Assembly (NCBI GenBank): GCA_973895155.1
Contig: OZ316899.1
Coordinates: 14,201,934-14,265,933, forward strand
DNA: 64,000 nucleotides
Source of the DNA: Marsupella aquatica
Taxonomy: Eukaryota > Plantae > Marchantiophyta
Direction: 5' to 3'
In this document: piece by piece, positions 34,680 through 47,639 of the stretch
Numbering within the stretch: the first letter of the stretch is position 1
Layout: the number at the start of each line of letters is the position of its first letter
Program-made: the position numbers and the translations under genes
Notes under the pieces: generated by a model
Seen by the model: only the letters and a program-made list of their open reading frames with translations
The model's database searches: none
What the model was told of the DNA's origin: nothing

Positions 34680-36245
34680 TCATACATGTTTCACGAAGCT
34701 GGCGCTCACAATTCATGGAAGGGCCACACAAAATTGTTTTGAATGACAAAGTCCATAGTTGCACAGCACAGGAATCCATACCATTCAGAGAAAATGGGTT
34801 GAAGACTTCATTTAATGCCGCATCCTCTAGTATCATTGCACAGCAAAAGCACAAATTCTTACCAAATGTCAAAACTTGGACTGTACCATTCCATTCAAAA
34901 CTGGAACCATCCTAAACTCCATCCTGACAGAAGCCTTGTTTAGGGTAGTCCCACTATCTCTGCACCCCGGACTTGAAGACATCAAATATTTCCGACACCT
35001 CGACAAAAGCGTGATTACAAACTGATATCTGACATTGCCGCCTAAATCCTGCTCATCGCAGCAGCGAGGGAAGACCTCCACTATATTGAGTTGGACTTCT
35101 TCGTGTCCACAAAACAGAGCAATGCCTTTGCCCTAAGAGCTTATCCCAATCCCTCCTTCATTCTGCATAGATCACAGGCCAAAAACCCTCCCGAGTTGTG
35201 ACCCTGCTACAAGCAGAGTTTGCAGAACCAGATGTGATAACCGAGTCGCCTGAGTTGCAGCTAATTGCCAACTTCAATCAGACTCGATCGGTCTTGTTTG
35301 AAGACTTTTGTTGAGGTTGGAACTTTTGTAGACTTTCCAAGGAACGAAAGCAAACAAACCAAAGTAGTGCCGTTTGCAAACTTGTGGCAACCGTCACATT
35401 CCCAGCCAATGGAGAGTGCGAGTAATAATCTTAGTACAGTCAATCATGTCACTGACATATCCAATACACAGAACTGAACCAAGCAAGAAAAAGCTAGGTA
35501 ATTGCTTGCATCGTTTAATAGGAAATTAATTGCTTTGCATCATTTGATAGGGAAATTAAATTCGCACCAAAGTTTACAAATATCAGTCAACACAACACAT
35601 CAAGTGCCAAAATTTACAAACATCTTTACAAAATTGGGAGTAACATCCTCCTTACACTCTACCAAAAAATGCTACATGTGTCCCATGACAAAGTGCTCTT
35701 GTCACTACAGCTGCGAAGGAATACCGTATGCCCAAAAATAACTCATCAGTCACAAAATCTTGTGTGATGTACGAGCCACCACACTCACTGGGGGTCGCGG
35801 GTTCCGCATGACTGATTCTCACTAATGACAATTGATCACGTGCAGTGTGAAGCATTTATAGGAGTAGCTTTTCCGAAGGCAAGGCAAGGAATACTTTGAA
35901 CCCAGGTGCAATGTCCACAGGAAGCAATCAATGCCCACCTCAGGTGTGTCATCTCAATGCCTTCAACGCGAGGGCATGTTGCACGACACTCGCAAGCAGT
36001 GCATTACCTGTCATCACAATGCTGTTGGTAGAAGCAGATGTTGTACTTGCTACATGAGGTGTCTGTCATGCCTCCCCTACAAGTAGCTGAGAATCGACGG
36101 TAGGGCAGACAGACCTAACATCAACGGTACCTCAGACAGACAGATAGCAGTGGGGGCCGGGGAGAAAGTGGAGTGGAGGCGTTGAACTGGATGACCGTTG
36201 AGGCCGGCCTTGTTATAGCCTAAACACCCCCTCTTGACTAAGTGA

Positions 36246-36848
36246 GTGAAGCAAATGGTCTACTTTGATTCGGCTTTCAAGGCAAACACAACATCAAATT
36301 TGTCCGAAGGTTTGAAGTGGGAGATGTCAATTCGAGAAGCGTTGTTGATGCTGGCAAGTGGATTTGTGAAAGTGTTGGTGCAGTTGCTCCGTGCACTGTT
36401 TGTTGGTTGCAGTAAGTTTGCGCAATGGATCCGGGAGCAAGGTGCCAAGCTGAAGGAGAATAGACCAAAAAAGGTAGAGATCCGGGGAGAGGAGGTTGCT
36501 GCTGAGGTGGGGTCACCACAATTGTTGCATCCGGTGATGTCATCGATGAGCGATGTACTGCAACTGTCATCGAAGAGCGATGTAGTGCAGCGGCCAAGTG
36601 CCCTTCAAGCAAACATGGAAGCGCTGATGAAGCAATGGCGATTTGGCAAAGCAATGGAGGAGCCTGGAATGTCCCATCGTCAATTTTATGCAGTTGCAGT
36701 GGGAAGAAGGCCAGGAATTTACATGACTCCGACAGAGGCGAACAATGAAGTGAGCGGATATCCAGGGAATTGCCATCAGAGTTTTCGGACGTTGGCAGAG
36801 GCAGAGTTCTTCCTGATGAGGAAAGGTGTAATGCTTAAGGAGGACTGA
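36246..36848 (+). CDS. Protein ending in an RNase H1 N-terminal hybrid-binding (Cauli_VI-type) domain
   Basis: FYAVAVGRRPGIYMTPTEANNEVSGYPGNCHQSFRTLAEAEFFL; no RNase H catalytic domain follows. Confidence 0.75.
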   Translation: MKQMVYFDSAFKANTTSNLSEGLKWEMSIREALLMLASGFVKVLVQLLRALFVGCSKFAQWIREQGAKLKENRPKKVEIRGEEVAAEVGSPQLLHPVMSSMSDVLQLSSKSDVVQRPSALQANMEALMKQWRFGKAMEEPGMSHRQFYAVAVGRRPGIYMTPTEANNEVSGYPGNCHQSFRTLAEAEFFLMRKGVMLKED

Positions 36849-37055
36849 ACTAGGTTTTAGTAGCTATGGAGTTTTTTAAGCCCCATGCATGATCGGTGTT
36901 TTTCAAATTATCATCTAGAGGCTCAGTAAGGATATCGGCAGGGTTTTTTGTTTGTATTGATGTGTAGGGCAATGATGTTTCCCCCTCTTACTCCCTAATA
37001 AAGTGGTGTTTGGTTACCGTCGAAGTGGTGATTGGCCAATTTGATTGAACCCTGG

Positions 37056-38505
37056 TTAGACAATGAAGATGAATGTCGGGCAGTTGTTGGGGTGCACGCG
37101 TGTTGCTAAATCCGAGTGAATAGGTGACTGAGTGGCTGTAGAACCAATCTCAGCAAGAAGTCGCCAGATGTGAACTGCTTCTTTGGCAAATTTGACGGAT
37201 GTGAAGTGCTTCTTTGGCGGCCTCCGAGAGTGCTTTGTACTCAGGTTCAGTAGTACTATCGGAAACAGTTGATTGTAATTTACTAGACCAGTATAGAATA
37301 TAGGGCCATTCGCCAGTCGGAGGAGATTGGCACCCCAAAAGCGTTGAGTTTCAGTGCACCCAAGGAAGCCTGCATCGGTAAGTCCTTGAAGGGAGGTTGT
37401 TGAAAGAGCAAAGAAATGAGATGCCATGGTCGGAAGTTTGCATGTAGATACCGTAGAATATGTTGAACCGAATCCTAGTGAGTTTCTGAGGAGAGCTCAT
37501 GTACCGTACCCAATGATGGGTACTGCGTAAGACATGTCTGGTCTAGTGTGAGTGAGGAAGATATATATAAGCTTGCCAACTGCGTGACAATGATTATGTA
37601 GTCGTATCAAAAGGAGCAGTGCGTGTTTCTGTAGTCAAGACATGTCATTCTTGTAGTGGATTTTTCAAGTGAGTCTCTGGATCACTACCAGCAATCAATC
37701 AGAAGGTCATCAACATATAACATAAGAATGATAAGGTCACCATTTGAGTGAAAGAAATATAGGTGCATATAGATCTCGTCAGTTAGTGTCCCATTGAGGG
37801 CGGCGGTTACGACATCCATGTGATGTAAATCCCATCCATTTGATACAGTAAGGGCGATGACTGCACGTAAGGTTGGCCACATAAAGCATGGGCGAAAGTC
37901 TCATTATAGTCGATGCCAAATTTTTGTTGAAATCCGCGTGCAATGAGGCGAGCTTCCACATGGGAGTCAGGCTTAGCCCGAAATATCCATTTTGCAGTGA
38001 GAGCTCCTCGTCTTGCGGGAAGGTACACAAGTTCCCAAGTTCCCATGTATAGTAGTACAAAATGATTTCATTTCAGCCTGCATGGCTTCTTTCCATCCTG
38101 GGTCCTTGAAGGCCATCTCGACTAAGAGATTTGTGTAATCAGGGTTTACTAGGAGTTTCGATTAGATTGGTACTCATCTCATAATTGTGCAGTGCCATGA
38201 TGGAGCCCGACTAGGTCGAAGCGAATGCATGGGAGCTTGGGCTGGTTCTACATGAAGGCGATTGTAATCAGGAATTTATTCGATTGAAGGGCCCGTCTCG
38301 ATGATTGTCCTGCCTTGTCCGTCTCTGCGTTGTCCCGCTCTGCGTCGTGAGCAGGACCACCCCCCTCTAGCGCGGCGTTTAGGGTGAGAGATTTGTTGCA
38401 GAGGTAGTCGTCTATGAGAAGGGATGAAAACAGGTCGATGGCAGCTGAGTGGTCGGTTTGTGGAGTGTCGATGGTGCTCTCATCAAATGTGACGCCATTC
38501 ATTCG
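37056..38505 (-). pseudogene. Ty1/Copia pol remnant (INT tail, RT, RNase H)
   Basis: VTFDES; TWELVYLP..KWIFRAK; ARLIARGFQQKFGIDYNETFA; HMDVVTAALNG; LYVDDLLI; WSSKLQSTVSDSTTEPEYKAL. Confidence 0.92.
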
Positions 38506-38750
38506 GAGGAGAGAAAAGATGGTGAGATGAGAAAAAGATATCAATATGAGGAAAAAATGTTGAGGGTGAAGAAAGATGTTGTGGTGAGATAAAGATGACC
38601 AGGTGAGAAAAATATGGCAAAATGAGACAAATATAATATATATGTTGAGGTGAGAAAAGATCTCAAGGTGAGTAAAATATGTCAAGATGAGCAAAGATCT
38701 TGAGGTGAGAAGATCTTAATATGAAGAAAAGATGTCAAGATGAGAAAATA
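38506..38750. repeat. Degenerate ~18-bp minisatellite
   Basis: GGTGAGAAAAGATGTCAA-like units; abuts the Copia remnant. Confidence 0.6.
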
Positions 38751-40115
38751 TTTTATCTGTATTTTATTTAGATTTGAAATTATTTCAAAAAAATTCTAAT
38801 TTTTAATTTATTAATAAAAAAATTCAATTGTGACAGGTATGGGAAGGTTAAAGGGTAGCTTGTGCAGGAACTTATTTTTAGAAGGGATGTATGGATAGAT
38901 CTTAAAGTGTGGAAAAAATTATGTTTTAATAAACATTCAAAATTGATTGTCACTTTTTTTAGTTTATAAAGGGTCCGTATCATGATTATAGTGGTACATG
39001 GTAAAGGGAGGTCTCCTTCATACTCTTGCATTGCTAGAGACCCTCCTTATTTTCTTTGTACTATTAAATTCATTTGGTGCTTGGAACATTGGTCTCCAAT
39101 TTCATTCACAAAAGAAATCATTCTTTCATGTTTTTCATTTTGGGGATATTGCAAATTTGAATGACTACTATAATAAAAACAAGTAACATTTTATTATAGC
39201 TTTTGATATGGTCTTTGTAATCTAACCTATTTTTAATTATCCTATTTTAATTAAATTACTATCATTATTATATTTTGCAATATTGTAATACTTATAATAA
39301 TATATAGTATCATATATATTATGTACTTTTGTATTTCATGTGTATACCTCCTTGGTACTCATGCGTGTACATTCACTCTCTTGTTTTGTGTGCCCCATTG
39401 GTTCTAGCATTGGCTCCCTACTTTTGTCTCCCATTTGATTCCCCGTTTGTTTGGAATGTATTTATTATTTTTTGGTGCACACTAAATTTAATATAACCTT
39501 TATTCCTTCTCTTTGACATTATTAATGCTTTTTGGACACTTCAAATTTGAATGACGACCACTTCATAAAAAGCGCAACCTTGTATTATAGTTAGGATTAT
39601 AAAATCTCTACAAAAATAAGACTATGGCTTTTTATTGATTAGTAACACATACATTTGGAAAAAAGAAAACCAAATGTTTCTCCTCTCATGAAGGTGGTCT
39701 ATATTAAGGCAGTCTCTTTTGAGCATGATTATTATGACTCTACACTTATGGGTTTTTTCCTGGTTTCCATTTGCCGTTAAAATTGATGAGAATTCTTTGT
39801 CAAGGGAAAAGATGTGTCCAAAAGTTATGTGAGTCTACTTAGATTTTCTTAATAGACCCACCTACCCATTATAGCCACATGTCAACTCACCTTGAATTTC
39901 CAGTCACCTTGATATTAGAATTCTTTTATGGATGTTAGTGCCATAGTCTAGGTGTGGGTGGAAGCGCATCCGTGTCCCAAGCTACAGGAGAGTCTTTATT
40001 CTTCCTTGCACCCAGTCTCATGGACATGAATATTTAGGCCTTAAATCCAAGGGTCATAATGAGTTCCCTCCAAAACTGCATTTTGTAAGCAGACAATAAG
40101 GAAAAAAGGGCGGGA

Positions 40116-40157
40116 TTTAGGGTTTAGGGATTTAGGGTTTAGGGTTTAGGGTTTAGG
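40116..40157 (+). repeat. Interstitial telomeric repeat (TTTAGGG)~6
   Basis: Direct reading; AAAAAAGGGCGGGAT occurs on both sides. Confidence 0.9.
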
Positions 40158-40579
40158 ATAAAAAATTAAAATTAAAAAAAGAAAAGAAAAAAGGGCGGGA
40201 TAGTATATTATAGTGAGTAGATTTGTAATCAGTATGACTCTTCTTATGACACCGATGATCATGTGGGTACTTGATATAATGATATCTATGTCTAGGCATG
40301 GAGAGGAGTATTTCTTATGCATGGATTACTTCCTAGGGATGGATGGTACTATGCATAGATGGTCTAGGAAGTACTTCATTATTGTGCATTGGTATTCTGC
40401 AGTACTCTTTATTTCTTACTTGGAAAACGTGTCACCCTTTCCCTCACACTAAATATAATTCTATTTATGTTTATTCCTTCTCTTTGGTCCATTCATTACT
40501 TTTTGGACACTGCAAATTCAAAAGACGACCACTGCATAAAAAGGCGGAACATTGTATTATAGTTCTTGATGATTGATGA

Positions 40580-43150
40580 TTCGAATTGGTTACAGGAGTT
40601 GGGTTTGCGAGTGGAGGAGTTTGTTGAGGGCAAATGAACGATTGCAGTGTGACAATTAAGTAGAGGGCTGGCGCCTGGGCGTCTTTAAGGTTTAGAATTT
40701 GGGTTGGATGATCCTTTGAAGCCTTTACAGTGTCATTTTTGCTTCATTTGTTTGGTGTTGTTCTCTTCAAGAGCGGAGGCGGGTTGAGGAGCTGGCCATA
40801 GTGGACAATCTTGTGGTAGGCATTCAAGCGGCTCTCCACCCGGCACCAGCATTGGAAGCTATGAGGCTGCACCAAAGCTTGGACAATTTAGGTGAATGAT
40901 GGAAGGACGTCGTGATGAAGTGCAAGGTAGGATCAGGGTGTGCGGCTCTGAGGCCAGCAAAGATTGCTCGATCCGCTGAGTCTAGTGGTTGAAACTCATT
41001 TTGCTATGAACTCATTATTAAACCACCCCGTCGACCCTGCGCGACACTCGCCCGAAAAGCCCGTGGCTCCCCCCACGTTATACTACTTAAGTAGGATAGG
41101 ATAAGGCATCCCCAAAGGGTTGTGAGCTGGAGGGGTGTTTTGCAGCCCATCATCCACGGGAGGGTTTGGTTTTTAAGAAACATTTGCCTCACTACTATAT
41201 ATGGACTTTACTGTCTTGTAAGGATGGGCCTGGCAAATTTCTGCCTATAAATTCCATACCAACATCTTATTGCTAATCTGAGCACTGTACCCGAGTTGGA
41301 TTCAGATAGAGAGATGGATATATGGTTTGCATCGATGATATATGATTTGCACGGTTGGGGTGGGGGGGGGGCGGTGTGGAGAGCCCAATTGGGGGTTTAG
41401 GGTGATGGGAAGGTGTGGTGTTGTTGTAACTTGGGTCGAAATTAGGACCTTGACCTTGTGTGTTTACAACAGAACCCTAAAATGAACACATTCCCCCAAT
41501 AAATGCCAAAACTTTTGCAATGGCCAAGTACAAGTTTTGAAATTGCAAATGGTCTACAAAGAAAATGCTCAAATGCTCGGCAAATAGTACTCTTTCTTGA
41601 GATGAAAAGTCGTAGCCCTATGTGAACCGTCTGACCACGACGACGACCCTTCGACAGCGACCACATGCAACTTTTAATGTAGAAAACAACCTATTGTTGT
41701 AGGCATTTGTGATGAGATTAGCTCCGTGAGGGTTTCATTCCAGGAGCCGCGTTCCCAGGTTCCTACTAAACCCTCATGTTCAGTTCGTGCAAATTTTCAC
41801 TGAACGAGTGTACTTGACCTGTAGACTTCATCTGCCGCAGATTTGACCTCCAAACCTTTCTCATCACGCGAGCCGGTAATTGGGCTATCATGCACAGCCC
41901 TGTTTTTGAGAAGGGCTTGATGAGATCAATTTCCCAACGTACACGCTCATATCTCGCTGGCCCTAAACTGAATGATTCCTTCTACTGTAGCTCGATCTCT
42001 TGTACACACGTGGATGAATGTCTGCGGTACGGTTGTTCAGCCCCTTGTAGTCTCTGGAAAATGTCACAAATAGGATGCAGACAGAGTTTGTGGATAACGG
42101 AGGAGGTCATTCTCCCCCCTTTTGCTTTGATCCGCTCCCTGTTTTCCCGTTTATTTTTCTCCCCTTCTTTTGGTCCTGATTTCTTCATTGCCTCAAATTT
42201 GCAAATGACCTACTGACTAAATCTCCTTTATTGTGCTTGTCTCCAAATTTGCAAGGGGATTGATTGATGTTGAGGGCCGAAAAACAATGCCACTTAGCCA
42301 GGTGCGTGGATGGTTTGAACCGTCTGTACTATGGATCTTGGCTTGACCCTGGCAGAGTTATTTTAGAACTCGTCGAGAAATGAGGTCAGTTCCGGCTTAC
42401 CGTTTTTTTCTCAAGACAGGGTGCGCTACCTTTGACATTCCGGAAGAAGCCCCGCCCACTTTCATCCGGCCAAGATATAGGTCACGCCTATTGTGACGAG
42501 GCTTGATTCAAAGGAGATGTGAACAAAGTTAAGATACTCCGGAGGTATCGATGACAAAGATGAATATGGAACCAGCAAAGGCGGTTGTTGGAGTGTAGTA
42601 GAAGAAGAACATTCAGAAGCAGTGCCATGGCGTTTAGGGTAGAGGATACCGCCGATGACCTGAGAAGTACAAATTTGGAGATTGATTGACCTACCTGGAG
42701 ACTCGGAAGACAATAGCTCTGAAGCAGTCTGTATCAGAGACGTTTTCATATGGTTGAGGGGCAGGCATTTAGGGTACCCCTCAAAACCGAAGGTGGATGA
42801 TCCAGTTGCCTTCAGACTCACGGGAAGGTGGTTCGGAAGTGGGAACGAAAACCTTTAATTTTACATCAGTGGGAGGAAACGGAGACCAAACTGCCCCGAA
42901 ACAGTATGTACAGAGAGAGTAACTTTCACCGAGCAACCTCTTCCCTTGTCTAGGTTGTTGAGTGACTGGAGGTATGAGCTGAACATGACAAAAACTTCGG
43001 CCCGCATCATAGCAGCATAAGCCCAGGAGTGTAAGAGGACAAACAATGAGGGAGTTGGAATCAGAAGGGAGGCTGGTACAGGAAATTACTTGTCCGGGTA
43101 AGGTAGGATGGAGCAAAGGAAGAGGTACAGATGTTGGAAAAAAGTTTTAG
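40580..43150 (-). pseudogene. Possible highly decayed LINE (ORF1 plus endonuclease)
   Basis: Fragmentary minus-strand coding-like sequence, a degenerate knuckle (HCFSALNINQ) and an AQGRRGGLI endonuclease-like motif; weak. Confidence 0.3.
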
Positions 43151-43695
43151 GGTCTAGGGTGCAAAACTTTCAAATTTGCAAGGGAGAAACAGAGGGGTTT
43201 GAGAGAGGAGAGGCAATGGGCGTTATGTAATTATAGCATCAAAGGATGTACACGGTATGGTCAATGAAGACGACCCGAGTAGGAGAAGAAGTAGCTAGGG
43301 AGCTGAGTGTTGGAATGCAAAATGAAAATGAAGATTGAATTGCGACGAACGCGCATTTTAGGCGAGGGGAAAAAACAGATTTGTGTCTAGCTAGGCTACA
43401 TATTCCAAACGTTATCCCAAAAAGAACATGGTATGTCGACCCAACCCCGAAACCCTATGAGAAAATGCAGCAGTGCAATAATGTGGGATGTGAGCGGACT
43501 ACGCCGTGACTAGGGTAGATTATATACACTACGCCCGTGAGTGGGTTTAGGGTATACACACATGTTGCTATAGAGGACCGGTCCCAATTTTAGACTTGCC
43601 TGTTCATGGTATGCATCTGGGTATACTCAGGTTGTTCCAGTTTTGGTGACAGGTTGGATGTGTCGAACGTACCGCCGGACGCTTGAAGGCACTTG

Positions 43696-45917
43696 TGTCA
43701 CGCGATTGACATGGGTCTTAACACCAAAAACGTCACTATGGGTGCCAAAACCATCTCCTTGTACCTGAGGATCACGAAGGGATGTTGTGAAGGCCGGTAA
43801 ACACCAGTTTATGCCCTTAACACCAGATTATCATAGCAAGACTCCGTCACACATCACCCAAGCTTAATCCCTAAGAACCAAGGTTGGGAATCAGATCCAG
43901 TGCTCATGATAGTTCTGGTGAGAAGGGGTCTTCATATCGGGCCCGTACACACAGGGCCTAGCGCTATGGTGCGCATATGTCTATACGTATGCTTACTGTC
44001 ATAGATATATTTCTATTCCGCCACCAGAATGTACCCATAAACCAGTGACTCCTGACTGATTCCCGGCTTAGGAACTTCTAAGCCATTGCCCCACCACTCT
44101 GCCATTCCACTCTCAGCAATCAGAGCTGTGACAGCCCTCACCCAACCCACTTCAATGCACCCGGTACACCTCTCAGTGGCGTTGCTAGTCGCATCATACA
44201 CTCAGATTGCCTCACACACACACACACACATCCATGAGAGAAATGAGGCCTGAGAGGAAAACTCAATTAGATTCAAAGATGTGCACAATAGTTCACTGAG
44301 AACACTTGATCAAAAAATAGGCCCCAAGGCTGTCTCCTCCAGATTGCGATGTGCTTGCCCCGCAAGCCCCGTGCTTGCCATGCAAGCTCAATCCTGAACC
44401 TGAGCCTGGCTCACTCCAGATTGCGACGATAGATTGGACTCGAACCAATCCCGTACTTGCCTTGCAAACTCAATCCTGAACTCAACCTCCTTCACTGCAC
44501 TTCATTCTTGGGGGCACGTACAGATCTCACACCTCCATTCAGAACGTCAAGTTACGCATGCACAGTTGACTTGACTTCAAAGCTGGTACCAGGCCTAACG
44601 ACGATCTATCCCAGACTGCAATGAGGCCCGGCCTCACGCTTGCCCTGCAAGCTCAGCTCTGGCCATAAATCCCTTAGTGGTCTCTACCAGACAAAGGCCG
44701 GGACTCCCCATGGATCACGTAGCCTTGCCAGACTGAACTGTAAATGCTCCTCCTGCTGCCCCTCAATCAGTGTCTCAGCCTTCCTAATGTGCTCACCGCA
44801 AATCACATTGACATCCTCCCCACAATTTACAATCACCAACACATCACCTATCACCAAGGCTCTGTATCGGGGGAAAAGAACCCAGTTGTGTTGCCTACTA
44901 GAACGAGCCACAATCCAGCTTGCAAACCTGGCTAACTGTTGCTGTGAAGCGTGGCTGATTACTCCCTGAGTAATAGCACAACCAAGCTCTCCCCAACACA
45001 CAGCTTCCAAGCCCAGCCTTCCTTGCATAGAGCTCCTCCCTGCTGCTCAATCCACGTGAGATCACACAACTGAAGTTCCCCCCCCCTTGCCTCTACCGGG
45101 GGGCTGCTCTATATACTCTCATACTGAACCCAAACGGGTGGATACTACGCTGCTGGAGCCCCATCCCAGCCCTAACAGAGCCGCCACTATCTCTAACTAC
45201 TTAACCCTAACTTGCAACTTTATTTCTATCTCGAATTGGCTATGTACTTCGGATTTGGCCCTCCTCCATGGTTTTCGTGAGCTTGTGCCTCCTCTCCCAA
45301 TTTCTCTATTCAACCATTTGCTGCGTGGATAGCAGCGTTGGAAGTGGCTTGAGCTCCTCTTTCCAACGAGGTCAATTCTAGCCGATTTGGTCAAATACAC
45401 AGAGAGTTATGCCCGGCAACCGAGAGAGGGTACTCACTGCTGCGCTAACCCGAGTTACATAGCTAACCTAGCTATCCTATCTAACCCGAGTAGAGCTAAC
45501 CCGTGGTCTTGGGTTAGGCCGCTACCCGCTATCCGCTAACCTAGGCTAAGCTGAGCCCAAACCCGAACTTACTTATGCTAACCCAAGCCCGAGTTCAGTC
45601 TAACCCGGGATCAATCTAATCCGAACCCGGGTTAAGCCTAAGCTGAAGCTGTTCTTACTTGAGTTAAGCTGAAGCCGTGCTCACCTGAGCTAAGCCGTGG
45701 TCGAGCTTAGGTTAACCCGAAACCGAAGCCGAATCCGCTAATTCCGGTCACAAGTTAACCCGTCACACTAATCAGGCCGTATCTTCCTTAATACACCTCC
45801 GTTTCCCAAGTGTTTTATATCGATTTTACTCGCCTTGACCAGATCTTTCCAATGCTCTTTACAGATCCGGATTTGGTGACATATTGAAAGAGATATGGTC
45901 GCCGACCACCCGTGACA
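43696..45917 (-). mobile_element. Probable LTR remnant(s): outer TGTCACG...CGTGACA with a nested ~1.8-kb LTR (about 43997-45767)
   Basis: 7-bp terminal inverted repeat; inner TGTCA...GTCACA; TATA plus GGTAGAGGCAAGGGGG motif shared with family A. No clean TSDs. Confidence 0.5.
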
Positions 45918-47639
45918 TAGCTTTTATTTCCCTACTCTTAACGCCATGATTGCCCTTATTCTTGCCATCTTGCTAATTGTTATGCAATATCAATAACTAC
46001 TCCTTGCATACAACAACCTAGTTACTCAGATTATAGAATAAGGACCATGTCATCGGCGTCACAACTTGCAATTTAAAGAGTTGAGCCTCGGAGACAATCA
46101 AAAGATGGAAGATGTACAATAGGGGTGTAAGTCGTAAGCTGTACCAAGCTCCATGACTTGAATGTTGAATGAACCAATTCGTGTTGTGAAGGGATTTGCA
46201 TGAATAATTGTTGGAGAGTGAGTGGTGGGAAGGTTTTTTTAATGGTGCGTGCGAAATGCTTGTAGTGAATGGCTAAAATTGAGTAGATCATGGGCTGCTT
46301 ATGGGCTGCTTTGTAGACAACGTCATGTACCTCATACGTACAAGCAACAAATACAAAAGACATTTAGTGTTATTTTTCCTGTTCATACCTGCCCCACTCT
46401 TAACTTACACTACTACATATTTGCCGTTTTTGCAAAGGTCATTTACAAGGGGATAAACAAACCGCGAAGCGCCGTTCACCGTTCATCTTGCGATGCAAAC
46501 CGCGACACTGACACCATCGCAACCACTATTTGCGAAACCCAAATCTTCGCAAATATTTGCGAAACCAAATATCTCCCAAAATGTTTCTTAACCTTTGAGC
46601 ATTCTACTTAGTAGCGATGTTTACCGTTTCGCAAACAACTTGCGACGCCGAATGCATCGATAACGTTGCGATACTTCTGTAATCAGAAAACGGCTTGCGA
46701 TGCAAAATTGATCGCAATACTGCAAAACTTAGAGAATTGCTACTTTGCGATATGGTATGGCTCGCAAAATCAAGGCGCCTCAGTGGTTCTCTTTAGAGAA
46801 GGCTTGAGTTTTGGAAAGTTGAGATACGCATTGCTTCGGAATGTAGCGGTGGTGTTGAGATGGGATCTAGCGATGAGATGGGGATCGCTAATGTAGCCAT
46901 GAGGTTAAGATGGGTGGGGGTTTGCAAAATGGTTTGGAAAATTGGTTTTGGGGTTTGTCAGATTTAGAAAGGGCATGGGACAAGGAATGGAGGAAGGAGG
47001 GTCAAGGAGAGAGGAGGGAGGAGGTACAAACAGTTTTAGGGAGGTACACTTTAGGAAGAAAAGGAGGAGGAAGGGTTGACTTAAGGGGGGACAAGGAACA
47101 AAGGGAGGAGGGCGGTTTAGGGTGCACAAGGAAATGAGGGAGAAGGGAGCGTACCTACCTACAGTTTAGGGAGGGAAAAGGAAAGGAGGGAGGAGGGAGG
47201 GAGGGTGGAAGGTATAGGTTTAGGAGGGGGACAAGCCAAGGAGAGAGGAGCATAGGTTGAGGACAATGAAAGGTGGAAAAAATTGAGGGCATGTATAGGT
47301 TTTAAAAAGGAAGGGGTTGAGACAAGGGGAGGAGGGAGGTGGGTACAAGTACTAGAGAGAAAGGCTAGGGGGTGGGAGAAGGAAAGCTACGAGGAGGAAT
47401 GACTACAAGCAACATGAGTTTTCTTTTCATAAAGTGTACCAAAAGGTGTGGGAGTGTACATAGGACTTTGGGGATGGAAGATGTAAAAAAGCCACATTTA
47501 AAATTGATATACTTACAAGATTGATTTGGGCAAACATAAATTTATTAATAATTTAGAAACAGATATTTCTCCAACCAAGAAGAGAGATCCTCATATGTTC
47601 AAATCTAACTATATATCCACATAACATATATCCCTCAAA

